Positions 37,915-46,323 of a stretch of 64,000 nucleotides of DNA are shown here, piece after piece. Below the pieces are notes generated by a model. That model was not told the DNA's origin and made no database searches. It saw only the letters and a program-made list of their open reading frames with translations. Each line of letters opens with the position of its first letter. Within the stretch, counting starts at the first letter, position 1. The stretch comes from Thermoplasmata archaeon (lineage in GTDB: Archaea; Thermoplasmatota; Thermoplasmata; Thermoplasmatales; ARK-15), in assembly GCA_038729465.1 (NCBI GenBank), contig JAVYRZ010000004.1, forward strand, positions 19,860 through 83,859. Direction: 5' to 3'. A program made the translations under genes and the position numbers.

Positions 37915-38847
37915 TTAATCTTTTTTTCTTATGCTTATAAATCCGATAGATATTATAACTATTGCAATAAACATTCCTGTAACTAAAGAGTAAATATTAT
38001 CCAGAATAAATTGTCTAGCTTGGCTTAGAACAGCATGAATTGTACTAAAAATGGATCCTGGCAAATTTAGTTCTGGGTCATGTGCAATACTAGAAACGCT
38101 TGGATAAAAGAAAAATATGTTTAATATACTATTGTTGAAACTGTAATATGTGCTAAAATTTTGGGCTTCATTGCCGGATAGATAATTGCTCCAACCATAG
38201 GTATTTATAATATTTTTTTCATTAACTAACCCTACAGACATATAATCCTCAGTTCCTGAAAATATTGATAAAGAGGTCTTTCCAGTTACATTGCTCCAGA
38301 TTTTATTTCTGTTTTGCATATACCCACATTTGAGACCTTTTTCAAAACCTGAATACTGCTGTTTTAATACAATGTACTTTGCTTTTATCTGCCCTGATTG
38401 ATTTATTAGTATATTAATGTTTAAGGTACTATTGTTTACTGGGATAGTATATAAACCAGTAAAGCTTGAGATAGTTTTATTGTATGGTTTGCTTGCTATT
38501 AAAAACTGAAAAGTAATATTGAAACTGCTGGAATCATTTATTTCCAATAATTTGTTCATTATAATCTCAATATATTTACCATATTGCTGATTCGTGCTGT
38601 TTATCTGAGAAATTTTCCATAAGCCAGATAATGAACGATCCATAGTTATTTGATTATTGTTCTGCATCAGTAAAATATCAGTATAAGTGATCGAATAATT
38701 ACTGGAGTCTGAAACAACAGATATTTCTGGAATATTTTTAGAAATTAATATTTGGAAGTTTGTTGCATTTATCACAATATTTTGTGAATTAGTGTTGGTA
38801 ACAGCGCCATTTACCGATGCTGGCACAATAAATAAAGATATTATCAA
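37915..38847 (-). CDS. hypothetical secreted / C-terminally anchored glycoprotein
   Basis: 310 aa with a signal-like N-terminus (TTG start in the ORF track) and a C-terminal TM followed by RKKD. It carries at least ten N-x-S/T sequons. No family recognised. Confidence 0.45.
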   Translation of the reverse strand: MIISLFIVPASVNGAVTNTNSQNIVINATNFQILISKNIPEISVVSDSSNYSITYTDILLMQNNNQITMDRSLSGLWKISQINSTNQQYGKYIEIIMNKLLEINDSSSFNITFQFLIASKPYNKTISSFTGLYTIPVNNSTLNINILINQSGQIKAKYIVLKQQYSGFEKGLKCGYMQNRNKIWSNVTGKTSLSIFSGTEDYMSVGLVNEKNIINTYGWSNYLSGNEAQNFSTYYSFNNSILNIFFFYPSVSSIAHDPELNLPGSIFSTIHAVLSQARQFILDNIYSLVTGMFIAIVIISIGFISIRKKD

Positions 38848-39033
38848 TACGATTAAAAGCTTATTCAGGATAATCCCACCTCTCTTAAATTTAAAAAAGA
38901 TGGATGATGATCAGTGTAAAATTTTAGTAACCTATGACTTCTTTTAATCATTAGAAAGATATCAAATTTTCAATATATACTCTTTATGGTACAATTTTTA
39001 ACAACTCTCCGATTTCAAAATTTGCAAATGGAA

Positions 39034-39375
39034 TTATTCTTTGTAGGGAATTGCACATAAAAATATCCATTCACCATCGTCATTGTTTTTATACCAGTGA
39101 ACTACGTCGGGTTCTATATATGCAAAATCTCCCTCTTTAAGATCTTTTTGAACATTACCTGCAGCAACTGTACCTTTTCCTTTTAATATATATATTTCAT
39201 GCTCCCATGGATGTTGATGAGGAGGGATATATCCACCTTTTTTAAGTACAAATCTCCTTAGTGCAAAAGTATTGGCCCCATCTTTCTTAGTTATTAACCA
39301 CTGAATATATGCATTTTTAGCTCCATCCATATCTACTTCATTTGATTCAATGTCAATAATATTTTTAGAATACAT
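39034..39375 (-). CDS. cupin-domain protein
   Basis: It has the cupin motifs PPHQHPWEHEIYILKG and GDFAYIEPDVVHW. Length is 113 aa. Confidence 0.75.
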   Translation of the reverse strand: MYSKNIIDIESNEVDMDGAKNAYIQWLITKKDGANTFALRRFVLKKGGYIPPHQHPWEHEIYILKGKGTVAAGNVQKDLKEGDFAYIEPDVVHWYKNNDDGEWIFLCAIPYKE

Positions 39376-40038
39376 CTTTACTCACGACCATATCTTTCTA
39401 TTTTATTTAAAATACAATTTACTATTTTATATTATCTCTTTTCATTTCAAATTTTGATATCTAAAATGATTTTCTATAGATAGATCATTATTTAGATCTA
39501 GCAATGTTCCCATAAATTAACGGTCAAATTTAATTCACGTAAGATCGTCTGTATCATTAAGCACAGATTTCAGAGCGTTATCACTACAGAGATTGAAAAG
39601 GTAAAATAAGATTTTTGAATATACTCTATGAAAAATACAAGAAACGTGGAAAAATAGTAGTAAAGTAACCATGTAGAAAGATAAAACATCAGAAGATCAA
39701 AAAAAGACCGTCCTTATTATAAGATTTAAATATCCAACTGCGGACCTCTGGCAATAGAGCATTATTTAAAAGAGAGATCAATAAAAATGTCACATAATGA
39801 TATCTCCAAGATCTTAAAGAAACTTACTTCCCCCGAAATTTAAGCATAAGAAAGAGATAACTTCTAAATGATGTTAACATAGTTAACGAAAAACTTAACT
39901 TAATCATTAATGACAAAATAAGTGATTCAATATCTGCAGGGGGATAGATCAATAAAACAAAGATAAATATTGTTGCAAATCAACAGTGTCCAGGAATTTC
40001 ACGCAAAAATTATAATATACTATTAAATTCACATATCT

Positions 40039-40824
40039 GTGAAATTATCTATAATCACAACCGTTAAAAACGAAGAAGAAAATATTTTAAATTTTATAGA
40101 ATCTGCTCTTTTACAAGAGCCTCCCTGGGAACTTATTATAGTAGATTCTATGAGCACAGATAAGACAACAGAAGTAATTAAAAAATATGCAGAAAGATAT
40201 GATAATATAAAGCTAATCCAGAAAAAATGCAGCAGAGGAGAGGGACGGAATATAGGAGTAGCAAATTCAAGTTCAGATTATGTTATATTCACAGACGGAG
40301 ACGTAATTTTAGATCCGTTGTGGCTAAAATATATACGAGAAGATTTTGAAAAAGGGGAAGAAATAGTTGCTGGAAATACCATTTTGACTGGAAACAAAAA
40401 ATTTGCAGAGTTAGAGAGAGTCAAACTATATTATAAAAATGTGGATCTTACTTTTCCAAGCTGTAACTTAGGTTATAAAAAATCCTTATTTTTAAAGATT
40501 GGTGGTTTTGACCCGGTATTTATTACAGCCGAAGATATTGACCTGAATTTTAGGGCAGTCGATGAAAATAAAAAATTATACTATGATGAAAGAGCAATTG
40601 TATATAACAAGACCAGAGATAATTATATTTCTTTTTATAAACAGGCGTTTTGGAACGGTTATGGTAGAAAACAGCTTACGTTAAAACATGGCAATTTATG
40701 GAGAAACTATAACTTAAAAAAAATGTTCAACAATAAAACTTTTAAATTAGTGCCGTTATCTAGGTTGGCTATAGCAATGCTTGGATATTTATATTGTAAA
40801 GTGAAAAAAGGTGGATTTAAGTGA
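40039..40824 (+). CDS. family 2 glycosyltransferase
   Basis: LSIITTVKNEEENI...IIVDSMSTDKT...FTDGD is the GT-A fold with a DxD-like motif. GTG start. Confidence 0.8.
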   Translation: MKLSIITTVKNEEENILNFIESALLQEPPWELIIVDSMSTDKTTEVIKKYAERYDNIKLIQKKCSRGEGRNIGVANSSSDYVIFTDGDVILDPLWLKYIREDFEKGEEIVAGNTILTGNKKFAELERVKLYYKNVDLTFPSCNLGYKKSLFLKIGGFDPVFITAEDIDLNFRAVDENKKLYYDERAIVYNKTRDNYISFYKQAFWNGYGRKQLTLKHGNLWRNYNLKKMFNNKTFKLVPLSRLAIAMLGYLYCKVKKGGFK

Positions 40825-41483
40825 TCTCAATAGTAATCCCTACCAGAAACGAAGAGAAAAGTATAGGGTTAGTAATCAGCGAGATTCATAAAGAGATGAA
40901 TGAAGAATATGAAATAATAGTGGTAGATAGCTCCTCAGATAAAACCCCTGAAATTGCCAATTCCTTGGGTGCTAAGATAATCAGAGAAGAGAGAAAGGGA
41001 TATGGAAGAGCATATAAAACTGGTTTTTCTGTGGTAAATGGAGATATAATAGTAACTTTGGACGGAGATGATACATATCCTGTTACTGAGATACCTGTCT
41101 TGATAGAGTATCTACGTTCTCACGATGTAGATTTTATTTCTTGTGATCGAATTACAAAATTGAGTGGTCTAGAAGAGATGGATAAAACACATAGGCTTGG
41201 AAATGCTATTTTGAATTTTGCGTTTTTAATGCTTTATTTCCATAAAATAAAAGATTCCCAGTCAGGAATGTGGATATTTAAAAAATCATTGCTTAAAAAA
41301 ATGAATTTAAATGCGGATGGAATGGCATTTTCTGAAGAAATTAAAGTAGAGGCCTTAAAAAATGGTAAATTTATTGAGATTCCTATTAAATACGGCATTA
41401 GAAAAGGTCAAAAAAAGTTAAATACATTTAGAGATGGGATACTAAATCTATTGTTTTTAATAAAAAAAAGGTTTACAGGATAG
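40821..41483 (+). CDS. family 2 glycosyltransferase (dolichyl-phosphate hexose synthase-like)
   Basis: ISIVIPTRNEEKSI...IIVVDSSSDKTPEIA...TLDGDDTYP. Its size and motifs resemble Dpm1/AglD-type enzymes. It overlaps the upstream GT2 gene by 4 nt. Confidence 0.8.
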   Translation: MISIVIPTRNEEKSIGLVISEIHKEMNEEYEIIVVDSSSDKTPEIANSLGAKIIREERKGYGRAYKTGFSVVNGDIIVTLDGDDTYPVTEIPVLIEYLRSHDVDFISCDRITKLSGLEEMDKTHRLGNAILNFAFLMLYFHKIKDSQSGMWIFKKSLLKKMNLNADGMAFSEEIKVEALKNGKFIEIPIKYGIRKGQKKLNTFRDGILNLLFLIKKRFTG

Positions 41484-41484
41484 A

Positions 41485-42231
41485 TTAATCACCTTCAATT
41501 CTCGGAGCCAGCAAAAATAATCCATTTCCTTTATTGTCCTTGAATGTAAACTCTATTTTTACAGGGTAATCTTTTCCTAAATTTATCGTTACATCCTCAG
41601 AAAAATCTACCGCTCTTATAAATTTCAATAGATAGTCTATAGGATAAAGACTTTTAACCTCTTCCTGGCATTGTAAATCTTTCAAAAGATCTTTCGGGAT
41701 AACCATCTTTGAGGTGTCTTCTTCTGATGAAGTATAAATCTCAAGCTCATTCGGTGTTAGGTATAGTGTAATATTATCTGAAACTGCTTCACCCGCTCTC
41801 AATCCTTCAGCAAACTGAGATGAAGATACTGTCACTTTCGCCGGTAAGCCTAGTGAGGGAATTTTTGGAGATGTGATATTTGAAGGATCAATTGTTGTCA
41901 TACTTCTTGTTAAGTTCCTGACTGAAAATGTAATCTTACGATCATCTAATTTCAAAGACACAATGTCGTCAGGTGCTGCAAGTTTCAAGAAATCCTTAAT
42001 TTTATCCAGATCTATGCCTATGCTGATATCTTCTTCAAAGTTATACTCTATGAAAGCCTCTTTTCCGAGGTTTACTACTATCATAGCTACATGAGCACTA
42101 TCAACACATTTAACGTCCAAACCTTTTTCTGCAAATTCAAATTTAGCTTCAGTAACCAAGGTCAAAAGCATGTTTACGACGTCTCTTAAATCTTTAATCC
42201 TCATTTTAAGTTCCATAATGAACTCCCACAA
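41485..42231 (-). CDS. pcn: DNA polymerase sliding clamp PCNA
   Basis: About 245 aa with a two-domain clamp pattern. The N-terminus (RDVVNMLLTLVTEAKFEFAEKGLDVKCVDSAHVAM) and C-terminus (FLLAPRIE) are typical of archaeal PCNA. The start is probably an internal Met. Confidence 0.85.
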   Translation of the reverse strand: MWEFIMELKMRIKDLRDVVNMLLTLVTEAKFEFAEKGLDVKCVDSAHVAMIVVNLGKEAFIEYNFEEDISIGIDLDKIKDFLKLAAPDDIVSLKLDDRKITFSVRNLTRSMTTIDPSNITSPKIPSLGLPAKVTVSSSQFAEGLRAGEAVSDNITLYLTPNELEIYTSSEEDTSKMVIPKDLLKDLQCQEEVKSLYPIDYLLKFIRAVDFSEDVTINLGKDYPVKIEFTFKDNKGNGLFLLAPRIEGD

Positions 42232-42271
42232 AACTGTATTTACTTACAAATTAATAAAATTTTGCATGTAT

Positions 42272-43081
42272 TCAGTTTTTATTTTCTATATTATTCAATA
42301 GCTTATCTGTTATTGTATTGAATTCTTTTACATAGTCTGTTTCAACAGGTTCTAATATAAACGGAATACCTTTATCTCCAGACTCTACAATCTTCTTGTT
42401 CAACGGCACTCTGCCTAAAAATGGTACGCTAAAATCCTTGGCCGCTTTCTCTCCACCGCCTATTCCAAACACATCTCCGCTCATATTTTCTATTAATCCT
42501 ACAACCTTTACATTAACCTGCCTTGCAAAATTGATTGCTTTTTTGGCATCTATTAACGCTACTTCCTGAGGTGTTATTACTATTATGACCCCGTCTACAT
42601 CTTTTATCAACTGCACTACACTCAACGGCTCGTCGCCAGTTCCCGGCGGTAAATCAACAATAAGATAATCTAACTCGCCCCAGTTTACATCTTCTAAAAA
42701 TTGTTGTATTGCCTTATGCTTTAATGAACCTCTCCATATCACTGGAGTATCTGAGTCGGGTAGTATTAATTCAATAGAGACCATTTTTAGAGTTGAAGAG
42801 ACAGAAATAGGATCAATGCCTTCATCTGAACCATACAGTTTTGTAGTTGAAGGTATGCCTAACATTTTTGGGACATTTGGGCCATGCATATCTGCATCTA
42901 AAATTCCAACTTTATATCCTCTATTAGACAGTGCTACTGCAAGGTTTACAGCAACTGTGGTTTTACCAACTCCTCCTTTACCACTCATCACCATAAGCTT
43001 ATGTTTAATACCTTTCATTTTTTGTTGCATCTTATCAGTTTGCTGTAAAATAGGCTTTATTTTTGAAAGATCTGCTACCAT
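42272..43081 (-). CDS. Mrp/NBP35/ApbC-family Fe-S cluster carrier ATPase
   Basis: It has the deviant Walker [11 protein letters not shown], followed by [17 protein letters not shown] and DLPPGTGD. Confidence 0.85.
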   Translation of the reverse strand: MVADLSKIKPILQQTDKMQQKMKGIKHKLMVMSGKGGVGKTTVAVNLAVALSNRGYKVGILDADMHGPNVPKMLGIPSTTKLYGSDEGIDPISVSSTLKMVSIELILPDSDTPVIWRGSLKHKAIQQFLEDVNWGELDYLIVDLPPGTGDEPLSVVQLIKDVDGVIIVITPQEVALIDAKKAINFARQVNVKVVGLIENMSGDVFGIGGGEKAAKDFSVPFLGRVPLNKKIVESGDKGIPFILEPVETDYVKEFNTITDKLLNNIENKN

Positions 43082-43107
43082 ATATCTTCACCTAACTGAG
43101 AATTGCT

Positions 43108-43668
43108 TTATCTTATATTAACTTTTTTAAATATCAGAAAATAATGATACTTCAGATCTTTTTCTTTAATCAACTTAAATTTATTGCCTTCAAACATATT
43201 GATCATCTTTTCTTTAGGGATCCTTATTCTTTCTGGAGGGCCAAACGGAGTATCTAACTTAAAATCCAGTATTGCCACTCTGTTATTACATATCTTATAA
43301 AGTTTTTCAAATACCTTATCCTGACAATCTAGGTCATGAAATACATTTGCAAGAAAAATAAGATCATAAGTTCCAAGATCAAAAGTGCAGATGTCTGCTT
43401 TATATGTTTTAACACCAAGGCTATTGAGCTCTTCAAAAAAATCGCTGTATAAATCTATAGCGGTTACATTTTTCGATCTCTTTACAAACATTTTTGTGTA
43501 AAAACCATCTCCACAGCCGGCATCTAAAATGCTCATATTCTCACTGACTTCTAAAAAATCCAGTATTTCATTTTCATCGAACAAAGACTCTCTTTTATGA
43601 AACATAAATATAAAAATAACGACAAAGTATATAATATTTGATGTGTTAATAGCGACAGGGTGATTCAT
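43108..43668 (-). CDS. class I SAM-dependent methyltransferase
   Basis: It has motif I ILDAGCGDGFYT. The annotated start is only 4 nt from the divergent hmgA start, so the true start is probably an internal Met (about 43605). Confidence 0.7.
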   Translation of the reverse strand: MNHPVAINTSNIIYFVVIFIFMFHKRESLFDENEILDFLEVSENMSILDAGCGDGFYTKMFVKRSKNVTAIDLYSDFFEELNSLGVKTYKADICTFDLGTYDLIFLANVFHDLDCQDKVFEKLYKICNNRVAILDFKLDTPFGPPERIRIPKEKMINMFEGNKFKLIKEKDLKYHYFLIFKKVNIR

Positions 43669-43672
43669 TAAA

Positions 43673-44923
43673 ATGAAAACCTCTAAAATCTCTGGATTTT
43701 ATAATTTATCGATAACAGATCGACTAAAGATACTGAGAGATTTTGCGAACCTCACAGATGAAGATTTAAAAATATTCAGTTCTACTATGGACCTTGAAGT
43801 TGCAAACAGAATGATTGAAAATGTGGTTGGCCTAACTGAGATACCGGTAGGCATTGCTACAAATTTTTTGATCAATGAAAAAGAGTATTTGATACCCATG
43901 GCGATAGAAGAGCCGAGTGTAGTTGCAGCAGCCAGCAATGCTGCAAAGCTTGCCAGGGTAAAAGGTGGCTTTAAGGCAACTGCTACTGAACCATTGATGA
44001 TTGGTCAGATTCAGCTTGTAAAGCTTAAAGACCCTTATTCTGCAAAATTTGAAGTTATAAGACACAAAGAAGAGATTATCAAAATAGCGAATGAGCAGGA
44101 TCCCATGCTTCTTAGTCTGGGTGGTGGTGCAAAAAATATAGAAGTGAGAATACTGGATTCCGCGGTTGGAACAATGGTCATAGTTCATCTGATCGTGGAT
44201 GTAAGAGATGCGATGGGTGCCAATGCCGTTAACACAATGGCAGAGGCTGTAGCACCATATTTAGAGTCAATAACTGGCGGTAAAGTGTATCTCAGGATAC
44301 TCAGCAATCTGGCTGTTTACAGACTGGCTAGGGCAAAAGCCTTATTTGCAAGGCAAGAGCTGGGAGATAATGCAATAGAAGGCATAATAAGTGCTTACCA
44401 CTTTGCAGAGATCGATCCTTTCAGAGCCGCTACACATAATAAGGGTATTATGAATGGGATAGATGCTGTGATAGTGGCAACCTCAAATGATTGGAGAGCT
44501 GTAGAGGCTGGAGCACATGCCTATGCAGCGCTTAAAGGATATGACTCGCTGACAAAATGGGAAACATCAGAGGATGGGGATCTGATTGGAACTATTGAGC
44601 TTCCTATAGCCATAGGGGTGATTGGAGGTGCCACTTCTTCGAATCCAAAAGCAAAGATTGCAAGAAAGATCCTCAATGTGAACACAGCACAGGAATTTTC
44701 AGAGGTATTGGCCAGTGTGGGGCTGGCTCAAAACTTTGCAGCGATAAGGGCACTTGCAACTGAGGGAATACAGAGAGGGCATATGGGCCTACATGCTCGC
44801 AACATTGCAATTATGGCGGGAGCCAAGGGTGAGGAGATCGAAAAGGTAACACAGGCAATGATACAGAGAAAAAAGATAAGGGTAGACATAGCCAAAGAAA
44901 TACTGGCCCAAATCAGAGAATGA
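43673..44923 (+). CDS. hmgA: hydroxymethylglutaryl-CoA reductase, class II
   Basis: 416 aa. ENVVGLTEIPVGIATNFLINEKEYLIPMAIEEPSVVAAASNAAKLAR and DAMGANAVNT align by eye with class II (Pseudomonas mevalonii-type) HMGR. There is no N-terminal membrane domain. Confidence 0.85.
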   Translation: MKTSKISGFYNLSITDRLKILRDFANLTDEDLKIFSSTMDLEVANRMIENVVGLTEIPVGIATNFLINEKEYLIPMAIEEPSVVAAASNAAKLARVKGGFKATATEPLMIGQIQLVKLKDPYSAKFEVIRHKEEIIKIANEQDPMLLSLGGGAKNIEVRILDSAVGTMVIVHLIVDVRDAMGANAVNTMAEAVAPYLESITGGKVYLRILSNLAVYRLARAKALFARQELGDNAIEGIISAYHFAEIDPFRAATHNKGIMNGIDAVIVATSNDWRAVEAGAHAYAALKGYDSLTKWETSEDGDLIGTIELPIAIGVIGGATSSNPKAKIARKILNVNTAQEFSEVLASVGLAQNFAAIRALATEGIQRGHMGLHARNIAIMAGAKGEEIEKVTQAMIQRKKIRVDIAKEILAQIRE

Positions 44924-44930
44924 TGAAAAA

Positions 44931-45395
44931 ATGTATCCAGAGAGTATGAATCAGCCAGAGAGTTACATTAGTTCGGATATAGAGACAATAAAATCGATAA
45001 CAAAGATTGTGGGATATATTTTGATAATATTTGGGATAATAGGCATAATATTTAGCATTCTCACATTGATAAGTAGCATATTTACAACTCTTTTTTCCTT
45101 CTTTGCCGGTTTTTCTGTATTTTTTTCTGGATTGTTGGAACTGATAGTGTCTGCAATTGTGCTATACATTGGATACAACTGCTTAAATATCATTCCACCT
45201 TTGATCAGTAAGGGTAATTATGTACATGCGAAAGACAAAACTATGATCTATATGATCTTAACATTCATATTCGCTATGATATCATTCAGGAACTTGATCG
45301 TAATAATATATCTTATCGCCGCAATATTATTGCTTGTAGCATATATAAAATATGATTATTTAATTAGAAATATTGCAAAATTGAGACCTCAATAA
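44931..45395 (+). CDS. hypothetical membrane protein (4 TM)
   Basis: 154 aa with four hydrophobic segments. No family recognised. Confidence 0.4.
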   Translation: MYPESMNQPESYISSDIETIKSITKIVGYILIIFGIIGIIFSILTLISSIFTTLFSFFAGFSVFFSGLLELIVSAIVLYIGYNCLNIIPPLISKGNYVHAKDKTMIYMILTFIFAMISFRNLIVIIYLIAAILLLVAYIKYDYLIRNIAKLRPQ

Positions 45396-45396
45396 T

Positions 45397-46056
45397 CTAA
45401 TCTTTTAAGATCTCTAACTTTTTTATATTAAATATGCCGGAGCTTCCATACCATTCTTTTGTGTATTCTTTCACAATCAATCTTTTTTTAAAGAACGGAG
45501 CATTAAGGACAATGCTTTCATATTCTCCACCCTCCCCAGAGATATTAATCCTGTATTTTTTGTTCAGTTCAACAAGCTTGGACAATAGCTGCATATCAAA
45601 CTTAGCACCTAAAAACTCCATATCCAACCCTTCTGCAGAAACTGACGAAATGTATGCCTCAAATCCTGATTTTATTATCTCTTCGATTAGTAACCGCTCA
45701 TCCTTATACCATAGAGGAGTATAAGAGATCTTATTTAGATTTGTACAAATTCGTTCAAGTTTAGTTTTTTGAAACTCTGACTTTATTGCTCCGCTGACCA
45801 CAATTTTCGCATCGTAATTTCCAAGCATCTCTTCCAGATCATTTGTATCATCGCTCAGGTAAAAAAGGTCCAGAGGTATACCAATAGCCTCTGCAATGGT
45901 TTTAGTATGCTCTATGTTAGGCACATGGTACATCACTGATTCTTTGTTTGTTGGGTGTATAGCTACAAGCTTTTCAATATTCATACCCTGTTGCAATGCC
46001 ATATATAGCGCAAAAGTGCTATCCTTCCCACCAGAATATAGAGAGATCGCTTTCAT
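45397..46056 (-). CDS. dph6: diphthine-ammonia ligase-like PP-loop ATPase (MJ0570 family)
   Basis: The N-terminal PP-loop is LYSGGKDSTFAL. GEGGEYESIVLNAPFF is typical of the Dph6 N-terminal domain family. Confidence 0.7.
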   Translation of the reverse strand: MKAISLYSGGKDSTFALYMALQQGMNIEKLVAIHPTNKESVMYHVPNIEHTKTIAEAIGIPLDLFYLSDDTNDLEEMLGNYDAKIVVSGAIKSEFQKTKLERICTNLNKISYTPLWYKDERLLIEEIIKSGFEAYISSVSAEGLDMEFLGAKFDMQLLSKLVELNKKYRINISGEGGEYESIVLNAPFFKKRLIVKEYTKEWYGSSGIFNIKKLEILKD

Positions 46057-46323
46057 TTACAGTTCCAATATAAGATAAGTGTTTATCAAATTTTCCTAAT
46101 TAAGACTTTTTTAATTCACTTTAGTTATTTTCAAAATTCAAGTTTATCAATAATATATTGGTTCTCCGAAAATTACTTGATTGAAACAGTTTTCAAATGA
46201 TACTTGATGATTTTTTTAATGGCTCTTGAAGATTTTCAATGAACTTTGGCATAACCCGATTGGCATAGATAATATTTTTAGTGCAAGAAAATATTTATTA
46301 GTTAAGATAATTTATATGTTCTG

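Noticed and set aside
46057-46323. A regulatory leader upstream of leuS, with GTTTATCAA occurring twice.
   Set aside because: A 9-mer duplicated once in AT-rich DNA is not significant. T-box-type leaders are not known in archaea.
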